A program made the position numbers and the translations under genes. The notes under the pieces were generated by a model, which saw only the letters and a list, made by a program, of their open reading frames with translations, made no database searches and had not been told where the DNA came from. From the NCBI GenBank assembly GCA_965116495.1, contig OZ220696.1:2720001-2784000 (forward strand): a stretch of DNA of 64,000 nt, read 5' to 3'. This DNA is from Gammaproteobacteria bacterium. Lineage in GTDB: Bacteria > Pseudomonadota > Gammaproteobacteria > Eutrophobiales > Eutrophobiaceae. Shown here in pieces: positions 9,954 through 21,141 of the stretch (its first letter is position 1; every line of letters starts with the position of its first letter).

Positions 9954-12194
9954 TTAGAATCTATACGCCAGTGATCCTCCCACCTGGCGCGGTGGTCCGT
10001 AAACCTCCCAATCAATCCCGAATACCGCGAAGTCAAGGTTGTAAATAAGGAACTCTTCATCCAGGAGGTTTCGGGCCCAGAACGATAGTTCCCAGTCTCC
10101 AATTGCATAAGTGGTACGCGCATTGAGTAAAGCATACGACTCCTGCTTGGTCACAGGCGCGTTTGACGCTTCCATAAACTGATCGGCATTCCAGTTTCCG
10201 TCGAATTGAAGTGTTAAATTGCCTGCGGCGACATCAGTGTTGTAGCTGAGCAGCCAGTTGAAACTCACGTCCGGCGCTTGCGGCAAGTCTACATCTGTCA
10301 CACCTGACCCTGGACGAACGCCCGGAACAAAGTCAATTTCAGAGTCGATAACCGCAACGCCAAGGTTAATGTTCCAGTGTTCGTTGGGCGTGTAGGCGAG
10401 TTCTACTTCTCCACCATAGGAAGTGGCATCTGTATTGGTAATCTGGGCCGCTACATTTAACAGCGAAAACGACTGGTAATCATCATAGTCATAGTGATAA
10501 ACCGCTGCATTGAGGCGGGCCTTGCCGTCAAGCAGGGTTGATTTATAACCTAACTCGTAGGAAAGCAGGGTTTCCTCATGATGCTGGAAGTCTTCCGGAT
10601 TTACGCTATCGCTGAGCGACCAGCTACCGCCTTTGATACCCCGGTTGAAAGCGGCGTACAACAAAGTATCGCCGAACTTATAGTTGAGCTGCAAACGGCC
10701 CGCCCAATCGCCATAATCTATTTGATCATCACCGTCGTAGGGTGTTCCCGCAAGATGTACCGACGAGTCAAACACTATAGTGCCGTCCGGACAGGGTGGC
10801 GCTGTCGCTCTATTGGGATCACCCGGGCATCCGTTAGTAAAATCCAGGGTACTGGTGACAAAATCGATTTCTTTGTCATCCTCGGACCAACGAAAACCGG
10901 CAATCAATGTCAAATTGTCTGAAAAGTCAAACTCCGCTTCACCGAAAACAGACCAGTTTTTGGAATCCATATCGCCCATCTGGGGTCCGAGTCCTGTTGG
11001 GTCACCAATACTACCGACACCGCCGGATTCAAGGAAACCATCAAACTCGACATCCAGAAAATACAAGCCTGTCACCCAGCGCGTCCTGTCCGTTGAGCCG
11101 GATAGCCTCAGCTCGTGCGACCATTGCTCATAGTCGGCAATAAATACGGCCGGGAAGAAGAACAGGCCGCCACCCGCATCTTCCTTGTAGTCTTTTTCCA
11201 AATCCACATAGGCCCCCACGTACTGCAACTCCATGTCATTTGCGAATTCATGTTTTAAATTCGCGGTATAGATGGTTGCCTCGCGGTTATATCCGACATC
11301 AGGATCGGAGGAAAAATGCCTGTGCACATCCCCGGCTAAGGTATCACCCTCAGCAATACCCAAAAGGGTGGGGGGAGTGCCTGACGTGTCCGGTGTGGTG
11401 AACCTGAATACATACTGTCCGGTTCCAACGTCATTATCTTCGGTGTGTTGTATTTGCAAATCAAGCAAGGTTTTTTCCGACAGGTCAATTTGCAGATTCC
11501 CGCGTACAACAAATCCATCATTTTCACCCCCATCCCTGCCGGTAGCCGGCTGGCCCGAAAAGGGGTGATTTCCTGCCTTGATATAACCGTCGGTTTTTTG
11601 CATACGCCCTGCAATTCGGCCGCGCACCGAATCACTGAAAGCCCCACCGACAGCGCCTTCAAGCACCCTGTCATCACGTTCGCCATAAGACGCTTTAAAG
11701 TAACCGTTCCACTCATCTTCGGTTGCCTTCCTGGAGCGAAAATGGATCAGGCCACCGGTGGCGTTCCGGCCAAACAAGGTGCCTTGCGGCCCGCGCAGAA
11801 CTTCGCTAGCTGCCATGTCGAACATCTGAATATTGAGGGCATTCATGCTGCCGAGATACACATCGTCAGCATAGACGGCGACAGGCGCTTCCAGGTGATC
11901 CTGAAAGTTATTCTGTGAAATACCACGCAGATTAAAGACGGTGAAACCGGGGTTATAAGAATTCATCTGCAAACCCGGCACTTGCTGAAACAATTCCTGC
12001 GATGTGTTGAGTCCCAGAGCTTCCATCTGTTCACCGGAAAAAGCTGTCACAGAAATACCGACATCCTGTAAACTTTGTTCCCGCTTTTGTGCAGTAACAA
12101 CGACTTCTTCCAGAAGTTGGGCACTGATCTGTGGAGAAACAAAAATGGATAACAGTAACAGCAGTTGCAGATTTGTTCGGAGTTGAAATTTCAT
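9954..12194 (-). CDS. TonB-dependent receptor
   Basis: Signal peptide, LEEVVVTAQKR TonB box, EVLRGPQGTLFGRNATGG plug motif and C-terminal YRF. Confidence 0.95.
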   Translation of the reverse strand: MKFQLRTNLQLLLLLSIFVSPQISAQLLEEVVVTAQKREQSLQDVGISVTAFSGEQMEALGLNTSQELFQQVPGLQMNSYNPGFTVFNLRGISQNNFQDHLEAPVAVYADDVYLGSMNALNIQMFDMAASEVLRGPQGTLFGRNATGGLIHFRSRKATEDEWNGYFKASYGERDDRVLEGAVGGAFSDSVRGRIAGRMQKTDGYIKAGNHPFSGQPATGRDGGENDGFVVRGNLQIDLSEKTLLDLQIQHTEDNDVGTGQYVFRFTTPDTSGTPPTLLGIAEGDTLAGDVHRHFSSDPDVGYNREATIYTANLKHEFANDMELQYVGAYVDLEKDYKEDAGGGLFFFPAVFIADYEQWSHELRLSGSTDRTRWVTGLYFLDVEFDGFLESGGVGSIGDPTGLGPQMGDMDSKNWSVFGEAEFDFSDNLTLIAGFRWSEDDKEIDFVTSTLDFTNGCPGDPNRATAPPCPDGTIVFDSSVHLAGTPYDGDDQIDYGDWAGRLQLNYKFGDTLLYAAFNRGIKGGSWSLSDSVNPEDFQHHEETLLSYELGYKSTLLDGKARLNAAVYHYDYDDYQSFSLLNVAAQITNTDATSYGGEVELAYTPNEHWNINLGVAVIDSEIDFVPGVRPGSGVTDVDLPQAPDVSFNWLLSYNTDVAAGNLTLQFDGNWNADQFMEASNAPVTKQESYALLNARTTYAIGDWELSFWARNLLDEEFLIYNLDFAVFGIDWEVYGPPRQVGGSLAYRF

Positions 12195-12249
12195 GTCATT
12201 TCCCCCTGGAGTTGGCTGAAAATAATTGCGCATTTGCGCTAACTTCTAT

Positions 12250-12271
12250 TTATAGTGCATATGCGCTATAA
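12250..12271. promoter_or_regulatory. Palindromic operator candidate in the divergent promoter region
   Basis: TTATAGTGCATATGCGCTATAA is a 22-bp palindrome with one mismatched pair. A related GCGCATTTGCGC lies at 12228-12239. Confidence 0.5.
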
Positions 12272-12398
12272 TATCAAGCAAGATCGGCATGGTGTATTTA
12301 TTTGATATGTTGGAAAGAACCCGGGCGCGGTATTACCCCTCTGCTATCGGAGGGGGATGGTTGTACCGATATGTATGTAACCCGGTTGGAAGAAAATT

Positions 12399-13292
12399 AT
12401 GATTGATGGTAACGACGGCATCGAACTCTATCATTACATGGAGTCAATCTGTTCCGAACGGGTTCGAATGACCTTGTATGAAAAGAATATTGACAATTGG
12501 ACTGATCATCAAATCCACTTGTTCAAAGACGAGCAATTTGATCCCGAATATTTGAAAATCAACCCTAAGGCACAGGTGCCGACGCTCGTGCATAACGGGC
12601 ATATAGTGCGTGAATCATCGAATATCTGTACCTATATTGACGATGCCTTCCCTGGCGGAAACAAGCTGAAGCCGGACTCCCTGCAGCAACAATCCGACCT
12701 GCGGGAATGGGTGAAGCACACCGACGAAACGCTCTATCCATCTGTTTCTTCGTTAAGTTTCAGCATGGTTTTCCGTGAGCGTCTGAATGCAATGGGTGAA
12801 GAGGCGCGCGAGGCGCATTTTTCGAAGCAGCGGGATATAGAGCGGACCCATAGGCAGAGAGCTTGTGTGGCGGATGGCAATAGCTCGCCGTATGTTCTAC
12901 GCGCCGTGGTCGCATGGGAAAAAATGATGTCCGGCATTGAGGCTCGTCTTGAGATAGGTGGCCCATGGATTATGGGTGATCAATTCACGCTTGCGGAAAT
13001 TTCCATTGGGCCGTTTATCATGCGTATCCAGGATCTTCAGCTTTTGCCGATCTGGATGGAAAACAGGCCCTTGACGAAAGCTTGGTGGGCGCGCATTCAG
13101 CAACGTCCGAGCTTTGCCAAAGCTGAAGTCAGTGTCGGCGCAGAGCATGAAAAAGCATACAAGCAAGCCGGGGATAAATACGGTGCAGATATCAGAAAGC
13201 TGCGCGAGTGGTATTTAACTGATCCGATTGGCTGCGGGCGTGCCTACGATGCCCATAGATTACGCCAGTTCAATGTCGGCACAACCCGATAA
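12399..13292 (+). CDS. Glutathione S-transferase family protein (SICS motif)
   Basis: YHYMESICSERVR, INPKAQVPTL, ESS and C-domain FTLAEI. Confidence 0.85.
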   Translation: MIDGNDGIELYHYMESICSERVRMTLYEKNIDNWTDHQIHLFKDEQFDPEYLKINPKAQVPTLVHNGHIVRESSNICTYIDDAFPGGNKLKPDSLQQQSDLREWVKHTDETLYPSVSSLSFSMVFRERLNAMGEEAREAHFSKQRDIERTHRQRACVADGNSSPYVLRAVVAWEKMMSGIEARLEIGGPWIMGDQFTLAEISIGPFIMRIQDLQLLPIWMENRPLTKAWWARIQQRPSFAKAEVSVGAEHEKAYKQAGDKYGADIRKLREWYLTDPIGCGRAYDAHRLRQFNVGTTR

Positions 13293-13367
13293 TATTATTT
13301 CAGAACCCGATATTCCTGAGCATAAACCCGGACAAAATACTGCGACAAAAACCTGAGGTTAACAGAC

Positions 13368-14141
13368 ATGCCAATACGACCAACCGATGACCCTGAAATA
13401 AAATCCATGAGAGGGATCAATCTCTATCATTACAGTCAGTCCAATTGTTCCATGCGCATTCGACTGCTGCTTGAGGAAAAAGGTCTGCCCTGGACAAGTC
13501 ACTATGTTGACCTGGATACACAGGCAAACTTAACAAAAGATTATTTCAAATTACATCCCCACGGTTTAGTGCCCACTATCGTGCACGATGGGGAAATCGT
13601 CTATGAATCGTCAGACATTCTTCGTTACCTGGAAGAGAAATACCCCGAAACACCACTGATTCCTGCAGATGAAGAACAACGTAAAGAAATGGAAAAGTGG
13701 TTAGATATTACCAAGGACATACATGTTAGGGTGATCAAGGTCTGGGTCTACGGTAAGGAAAAATATACCTCCAAGACACCAGAGTCCATGAAGGAATACG
13801 AAAAAATACAACCCAGCCAGGAACTCATTGATTTTCATAAGATGACGCTGGCAGAGGGGCATATTCCCCAGGAAAAAATTGATGAGGCCGATGAAATACT
13901 CCGCAGTTACTTTTCCATGATTGAAAATAACCTGAAGAAATACCAATGGATTGCCGGTGATACGATGAGCCTTGCCGATATCGCCTGGATACCCAATTAT
14001 ACCTTGCTTAATATGTTTGGGTTTCCTTTCGAGAACTATCCCCGGGTGATGAAGTGGATCGACAAGCTTGTCAATCGGCCCAGTTATGAAGCAGCCGTCA
14101 CCAGGTGGTCTGACTATGTCCCGGCCCAGGATTCAGGGTAG
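13368..14141 (+). CDS. Glutathione S-transferase family protein (SNCS motif)
   Basis: YHYSQSNCSMRIRL, HPHGLVPTI, ESSDI and MSLADI. Confidence 0.85.
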   Translation: MPIRPTDDPEIKSMRGINLYHYSQSNCSMRIRLLLEEKGLPWTSHYVDLDTQANLTKDYFKLHPHGLVPTIVHDGEIVYESSDILRYLEEKYPETPLIPADEEQRKEMEKWLDITKDIHVRVIKVWVYGKEKYTSKTPESMKEYEKIQPSQELIDFHKMTLAEGHIPQEKIDEADEILRSYFSMIENNLKKYQWIAGDTMSLADIAWIPNYTLLNMFGFPFENYPRVMKWIDKLVNRPSYEAAVTRWSDYVPAQDSG

Positions 14142-14147
14142 TTTTCC

Positions 14148-14975
14148 ATGATAGAACTTTATTATCTCGAAGAAGCGGATTCCATCTGTTCCAACCGGCC
14201 CCGCATGACGTTCGTGGAAAAAGATATCAATGACTGGGTGCCGCGCAGGATGTCGCTTATGGATCGGGATCAGTTCAAGCCGGAGTATCTCAGGCTAAAC
14301 CCGAAAGCCCAGGTGCCTGCCCTGGTTCAGGACGGACGGGTGATTCGTGAGTCTTCCATTATCTGTGATTATATTGATGATCTGAAAACAAAACCTGCGC
14401 TGAAACCGAAAGACAAGGCCGAAGTGGCGCACATGCGCGAATGGATCAAGGAAATGGATGAAGCCGGGTACCAGGCCACGGCATCGCTTAATTTCGTCAC
14501 CAAGTTCCGGTTGACGCAGGACATAGAAAAAATGGAGGAACGCTGGAAGCAGGTTGTCGATCTGGATCGCTTGCACAGGCAGCAATCCTGTATTCGTGAA
14601 GGGATGGATTCATTATACGTGGTGCGTGCTATCGCCTTCTTCGATCGAATCCTGGGAAAGATAGACGCCGCCATGGCGGATGGCAGGCAAAGGGTCATGG
14701 GCGAACAACTGACCCTGGTTGAAACAAACTATGCCCCTTTTATCAAGGTTGTCGAACTGTTGCGTCTGATCCACCTGTTTCTGGAAGGCAGGCCCAATGC
14801 AAGCGCCTGGTGGGAACGACTGACGTCACGTCCCAGCTACGCAATACTGGACGACTATCCGGGACAACGTGAAGACGATGAACAGGTCCATGCGGTATCA
14901 GGCGCCCAGGTTGCAGACCGGGTTGCGGAAATCATTCAGGAAACCCGTTCGAGACTGACATATATCCAAGGGTAA
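14148..14975 (+). CDS. Glutathione S-transferase family protein (SICS motif)
   Basis: DSICSNRPR, LNPKAQVPAL and ESSIICDYIDD. Confidence 0.85.
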   Translation: MIELYYLEEADSICSNRPRMTFVEKDINDWVPRRMSLMDRDQFKPEYLRLNPKAQVPALVQDGRVIRESSIICDYIDDLKTKPALKPKDKAEVAHMREWIKEMDEAGYQATASLNFVTKFRLTQDIEKMEERWKQVVDLDRLHRQQSCIREGMDSLYVVRAIAFFDRILGKIDAAMADGRQRVMGEQLTLVETNYAPFIKVVELLRLIHLFLEGRPNASAWWERLTSRPSYAILDDYPGQREDDEQVHAVSGAQVADRVAEIIQETRSRLTYIQG

Positions 14976-15007
14976 CCTGACCCCTTCAGGATATTGGAGA
15001 CCGCCCA

Positions 15008-17215
15008 ATGCCAAAACTTTTTTCAAGCAGGAATCGCGCCCCCCACCTCGGCCCCTATCCGCTGGAACGTCTGCCGCGATCCAACAGTGCGCCATCCACC
15101 GAAGGCCTGGCCGAGACACCGCCCTTGCGTTTACCCGCGCCGGAGAACCCCTACAGCATAGCCAATTCCTTCGCCCGGTTTTTTGAGCTCTACCGCAGGT
15201 TGCGCAACGGCGAGGTGCGCGCACAGGCAGCAAGCATCCCGTCGGACCCGGAAGAACGCCTGCGCCACCTGAAGAGCCTGAGTTATTTTCTCGATGCCAG
15301 CCAGGTTGGCGCCTGTCTTATCCCTGGGGACGCTCGGCTTGGCCGCACCGTGGGTATCGATTTCGATGTGGGCCCAGACAGTGCTTCCGGTGATCAGCAG
15401 TATATGTACTCGCCCTCAAAGAATGGGTCAGCAGACGAGGACAGCGCAACCGACTGCAGCGACCATGACTACGCGCTGGCCATATTGGTTGAATACACAC
15501 GCGATCCTTCACTGCAGGATCCACTGGCTGAGGAAATGCACGCCAGCCAGGCGGCCCGTGCAGCGGCCCGAGCGGCGGAGGTCGCCGTCGTCATTGCCAT
15601 GTACCTGCGGCGTCTTGGCTGGCCGGCCTGCGCACACATGGCGCACGCCGCTGACCTCGATACTCGATCCATCCTGCTCAATGCCGGTCTTGCGGAAATC
15701 AAAACTATCGGGGGCAGCAGGCACATAGCCAATCCTTTCCTGGGCGAACGTTTCGGTGCCGCTCTCGTATCGACCAGTCTCGAAATCGGCGTCGACCGGC
15801 CGCTGGCCGCCCGCGGACTGCTCTCCGGGCTTCTGGCGCGTCCTGCCTGGTGGTTGGGCGTTGGCGGCGCCCGTCCGGGATGGGGCCGGCTCAACGGCGC
15901 TCATAGAGGGCTTGCCGAAGGAATCTATCCTATGGAACGCATCAAGCGCGTCGATGCACCGACAACGCGTATCAATGCCGGTGATATCCAACGCCAACCA
16001 AAACGCGCCGAGTTCTTCACGCGCGCCGCGTTCGGTGACATCGGTTCCGGCGCGGAACGTGAAATGCGCCACGGCCGCTTCAGTGAAAAAGAACCCATCG
16101 GAGCGACCATGTCTGCAGTAGCTGCCGAGATGATTCCGCTGCAGTACGGAGAACCGGCAGAAGCCCATGCAAGCGGCAGTGACGACCCCAGGGCCAATGC
16201 AGTTCGCATCCGCGCGCTAAGCCATTTCCTCGGCGCCGATATCGTCGGCATAACGCCTGCCTACGAGCATACCTGGTATTCGCACCACATGGATGGCAAG
16301 CCCATCGAACCGTATCATAAGAACGCCATTGTACTGGTACTCGACCAAAGCCAGGAAACCATGTCGGGTTCCAGCGGCGACGACTGGATCAGCAATTCCC
16401 AGAGTTTCCGCGCCTACATGCGCGGCGCTTTTCTTGCCAGTGTCATTGCCGGACATATTCGAGGTTTGGGTTGGTCCGCTCGCTCGCATACCGTTTGGGA
16501 AGAAGACGTGCTGCACATTCCACTGTGTATCCACAGCGGCATCGGCGAACTCAGCCGCATCGGCGAAACAGTGCTCAATCCGTTCCTGGGGCCGCGTTTC
16601 AAGGACTCCATCGTCACCACCGACATGCCCCTGGCCGCCGACAAATATGTCGATTTCGGCTTGCAGGATTTTTGTAATCAGTGCAATAAATGCGCACGTG
16701 AGTGCCCCTGCGATGCCATCCCTTATGGCGACAAAATCCTGTTTAACGGCTATGAAATCTGGAAGCCGGACGTGCAGCGCTGTGCCAACTACCGCATCAC
16801 CAATCCGGCCGGCGCCGTTTGCGGCCGCTGTATGGCGACCTGTCCCTTCCAGGCGGAGAATACCCTGTTCAACCGGGCATTGCTGTGGGCGGGAATACAC
16901 TTGCCGTTCGCGCGGACCAGCCTGGCGAAATTCGATGACTGGCGCGGTAATGGTGAGATGAACCCGGTAAAAAAATGGTGGTGGGACCTGGAAGAGGTTG
17001 ACGGCAAACTGGCGCCGGCAAAGAAGGTGAATGCCCGGCCCTTATTCTTCAAACCCGGTGCGGCAAGGAAAAAGGAACACAAGGTCGCGGTATTTCCGCC
17101 GCACATGTCTCCGCCTGCCGACTGTAACGAGGCATTTCCCGTTGACCGAAAGGCAGGCCTTGTAGCTCAACAACAATGCGCGGCAGCGCTGCAACAGATG
17201 GAGAAAGAACAATGA
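15008..17215 (+). CDS. rdhA: Catabolic cobalamin/2x[4Fe-4S] reductive dehalogenase (NpRdhA-type)
   Basis: N-terminus FSSRNRAPHLGPYPLERL, duplicated B12-domain architecture, GELSRIG and NPFLGPRFK motifs, Fe-S motifs CNQCNKCARECP and CGRCMATCP, and KKWWWDLE. No Tat signal and no RdhB anchor. Confidence 0.85.
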   Translation: MPKLFSSRNRAPHLGPYPLERLPRSNSAPSTEGLAETPPLRLPAPENPYSIANSFARFFELYRRLRNGEVRAQAASIPSDPEERLRHLKSLSYFLDASQVGACLIPGDARLGRTVGIDFDVGPDSASGDQQYMYSPSKNGSADEDSATDCSDHDYALAILVEYTRDPSLQDPLAEEMHASQAARAAARAAEVAVVIAMYLRRLGWPACAHMAHAADLDTRSILLNAGLAEIKTIGGSRHIANPFLGERFGAALVSTSLEIGVDRPLAARGLLSGLLARPAWWLGVGGARPGWGRLNGAHRGLAEGIYPMERIKRVDAPTTRINAGDIQRQPKRAEFFTRAAFGDIGSGAEREMRHGRFSEKEPIGATMSAVAAEMIPLQYGEPAEAHASGSDDPRANAVRIRALSHFLGADIVGITPAYEHTWYSHHMDGKPIEPYHKNAIVLVLDQSQETMSGSSGDDWISNSQSFRAYMRGAFLASVIAGHIRGLGWSARSHTVWEEDVLHIPLCIHSGIGELSRIGETVLNPFLGPRFKDSIVTTDMPLAADKYVDFGLQDFCNQCNKCARECPCDAIPYGDKILFNGYEIWKPDVQRCANYRITNPAGAVCGRCMATCPFQAENTLFNRALLWAGIHLPFARTSLAKFDDWRGNGEMNPVKKWWWDLEEVDGKLAPAKKVNARPLFFKPGAARKKEHKVAVFPPHMSPPADCNEAFPVDRKAGLVAQQQCAAALQQMEKEQ

Positions 17216-18282
17216 ATTCAAATTCCGCGACGCCGGCAGGAGCACTGCTGGTGGGCAGTGTGCCGCTGAAAAATTGTGACGAAGTTTTTACTTTAAGTTC
17301 TGGGGTCCTGGGAAATCACCTGAGACGCATACCCGATGGCGAAACGGCTGAGCGCGGTAACTGGATCGGGTTTCAGCATGAGCTTTTTTCCGGTAGCCCG
17401 CAATTTGAGTTTGTAAGGGCGCCAGCGAAGGACGATGTCTACGAAGAGGAATTTGAATGGGCGCGGCTTCGCACGGATGTTTCAATAGATGACCTGGATC
17501 TGGGTACCCTCGGTTACGCGGAAGTGGCGGATGCTTCTTTTGAACGATTTTGCAGTTTAAAAGACAAACGAGTGATTTCACCGAACACTCGTTTCCAGGT
17601 TTCCTTGCCCACGCCTTTGGCCGTGATCATGTCGTTTGTTCACCGGGATCATCGTCACTTGATTGAACCCGCGTACCAACAGCGTTTAGTAGCTGAACTT
17701 GAAACGATAATCGATACCATTCCGCCGGCTGAGTTGGCAATACAATGGGATATCGCCCTCGAGTTGGCACTGTGGGAGGGTATGGTGGAGTCTTATTTTT
17801 CACCGATGAAGCAGGGAATTACCGATCGTTTATCGGAACTGGTCAATCTGGTCCCCGCTGAAGTGGAAGTGGGGATGCACCTGTGCTACGGCAGTTACAA
17901 GGACAAGCATTTCAAGGAACCCGAAGATGTCGCCAACATGGTTGAACTGACAAACGGCGTAATGGCAGGCTTAAATCGTGAATTAACCTGGCTGCATATG
18001 CCCGTGCCGGTCGAACGTGACGATGAGAACTACTACGAAGCCCTCCCGGGATTGGATAAATCAATGATAACTGAAATATACCTGGGTCTTGTCCACGATA
18101 GTGATGGTGTTTCCGGCACAAACAAACGTATCAACACGGCAAGCAGGTTCCTGCCTGAGTTCGGTGTGGCCACGGAATGTGGAATGGGGCGTTGTGATCC
18201 GAAACGAGTTCCAGGTTTATTGCAGATTCATGCTGACGTCGCCAATCCTGTAAAAGGATTAACCACGCGTAAGCCGTCGTAA
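17212..18282 (+). CDS. Cobalamin-independent methionine synthase (MetE) C-terminal-like Zn enzyme
   Basis: LLVGSVP, PDGET, HLCYG and ATECGMGR Zn-ligand pattern. ATGA overlap with rdhA. Confidence 0.7.
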   Translation: MNSNSATPAGALLVGSVPLKNCDEVFTLSSGVLGNHLRRIPDGETAERGNWIGFQHELFSGSPQFEFVRAPAKDDVYEEEFEWARLRTDVSIDDLDLGTLGYAEVADASFERFCSLKDKRVISPNTRFQVSLPTPLAVIMSFVHRDHRHLIEPAYQQRLVAELETIIDTIPPAELAIQWDIALELALWEGMVESYFSPMKQGITDRLSELVNLVPAEVEVGMHLCYGSYKDKHFKEPEDVANMVELTNGVMAGLNRELTWLHMPVPVERDDENYYEALPGLDKSMITEIYLGLVHDSDGVSGTNKRINTASRFLPEFGVATECGMGRCDPKRVPGLLQIHADVANPVKGLTTRKPS

Positions 18283-18554
18283 TCCTGCTCGCTGCTCATG
18301 TCTTCGGAATAAACGGTATCGCAACCGCAGGCGCGTGCTGCCGCCCGTGATTAACGCTGCCTTACCCTCTAGTCGTTTACTCATTCAATACCATCCGCGG
18401 TTCCGGTGAAAGCCGCAACCCGGCCACTAAGAACACGATTATACGGTAAAGAATGTCAATCCACCGGATTCTGTTTTTTACCGTAATTCCGTCAAGGAGT
18501 AATGATTGACTATAAAGGCGGTTTCATTAGACTGGCAGTTCAACACGAACAAGG

Positions 18555-19837
<1,283 letters not shown>

Positions 19838-19861
19838 CGCCTGCAATGCTTGGTTAACGCG

Positions 19862-20440
19862 TTACCATCCGGGGACCAGCGCCACGCCGATCAGCGAACG
19901 GTGCAGGTACAACAGGAACAGGGTATAAATTCCCAGGCCGGCCACACTGGCAATCAGGTCGTTGACGGCCGCCGCCGGAAGCCCGGGCAAGGGCCGTTGC
20001 CTGCGCTGTCTCATGGAGATACGCCCGGCTACCGCCCAGATGAGAAAACAGCCGAACAACAGCACGTCGGCAAGGGCGCCGTTGACCAGTAAATGTGCAA
20101 ACGCCCAGATTTTAACCGCAGTGAAAGCCGGATATTTCACCGCGGTTTTAATGCGTCCCGGTAAAAACACGACCAGGAGCAGCGGAAACACGAACAACAT
20201 CAGTAAATAGTTGACATGGCGTAACCAGTCAGGCGGCGCATACAGGATAACCGGCGTATGTCTTGCAATCCCGTAACCCCAGATCAGCAATACCAGCCCT
20301 ACCAGGGAAGCCAGTCCGTGGAGGATACGCCAGGGACCCGATCCAAGACGCCGCACCATATCGTCACGCCAGTCATCATTGATGATGGATATGGAGTGTA
20401 CGGCAAAAAACAGTATTAACCCGGTAATGAATAACAGCAT
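19862..20440 (-). CDS. NnrU family membrane protein
   Basis: GLILFFAVHS and KIWAFAHLLVNG with five TM segments. Start reassigned to MLLFITG. Confidence 0.8.
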   Translation of the reverse strand: MLLFITGLILFFAVHSISIINDDWRDDMVRRLGSGPWRILHGLASLVGLVLLIWGYGIARHTPVILYAPPDWLRHVNYLLMLFVFPLLLVVFLPGRIKTAVKYPAFTAVKIWAFAHLLVNGALADVLLFGCFLIWAVAGRISMRQRRQRPLPGLPAAAVNDLIASVAGLGIYTLFLLYLHRSLIGVALVPGW

Positions 20441-20500
20441 GACCTCACCGCGCAGCACTAAAATGAGCATACTAACCCTGTAGCGGCGATTACACTACAG

Positions 20501-20563
20501 GAAAATTTGGGACATCCATAAATTCAACAATTCCACAAAGTAATTTATGGGTGTCCCGGAATT
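20501..20563. repeat. REP-like inverted repeat pair (family A)
   Basis: GAAAATTTGGGACATCCATAAATT ... AATTTATGGGTGTCCCGGAATT. The same motif recurs at 21656-21746. Confidence 0.75.
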
Positions 20564-20630
20564 ACGGCACAGGCATTCGAAATTGGTTCTGCTAAAATAA
20601 CAGGCCGATATCAGTCTTGCTCCCCCGTCC

Positions 20631-21131
20631 ATGATGACAGATGCACGATGTGAAACCCTGCTCCTGCAACTCAATGAGCAGTTGCTACAGCAAAACAGGA
20701 TGCTGGTCGCGGCAGAGTCCTGCACCGGCGGCGGCATCGCCTATGCCATTACCAGCCTGCCGGGCAGTTCCGGGTGGTTCGAGCGGGGGTTCGTCACCTA
20801 TTCCAACCTCGCCAAGCAGGAACAGTTGGGCGTTGCCTATGAACTTATCACCCGGTTCGGGGCCGTCAGTGAACAGGTCGCCGCGGCCATGGCGCAGGGC
20901 GCGTTGCGGCACAGCCATGCCGATTTCAGCGTGTCCGTGACCGGGATTGCCGGTCCGGACGGGGGGACGGCTGAAAAGCCGGTCGGCACCGTTTGTTTCG
21001 GCTGGGGCCGGCGCGGCGAGACCGCCAGGACCACACGGATAGTCTTTGAGGGAAACCGGCAACAGGTAAGGGAACTGTCCATCCTGACGGCTTTGCAGGG
21101 GTTGGCGGACCTGGTGGAACAGTCTTCATAA
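20631..21131 (+). CDS. pncC: CinA C-terminal / NMN deamidase
   Basis: AESCTGG, GFVTYSN, GAVSE and TGIAGPDGG...KPVGTV. Confidence 0.9.
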   Translation: MMTDARCETLLLQLNEQLLQQNRMLVAAESCTGGGIAYAITSLPGSSGWFERGFVTYSNLAKQEQLGVAYELITRFGAVSEQVAAAMAQGALRHSHADFSVSVTGIAGPDGGTAEKPVGTVCFGWGRRGETARTTRIVFEGNRQQVRELSILTALQGLADLVEQSS

Positions 21132-21141
21132 ACAGTGAAGG

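Noticed and set aside
15008-17215. Respiratory RdhA or epoxyqueuosine reductase QueG
   Set aside because: There is no Tat signal or RdhB, and the length and N-terminal motif match the catabolic NpRdhA type rather than QueG.
18395-18490. Possible cobalamin riboswitch (CGGT-GAAA-GCCG hairpin) after the rdhA operon
   Set aside because: The GGGAA and B12-box consensus elements were not found in the right arrangement. Only isolated hairpins are present; an Rfam scan would settle it.
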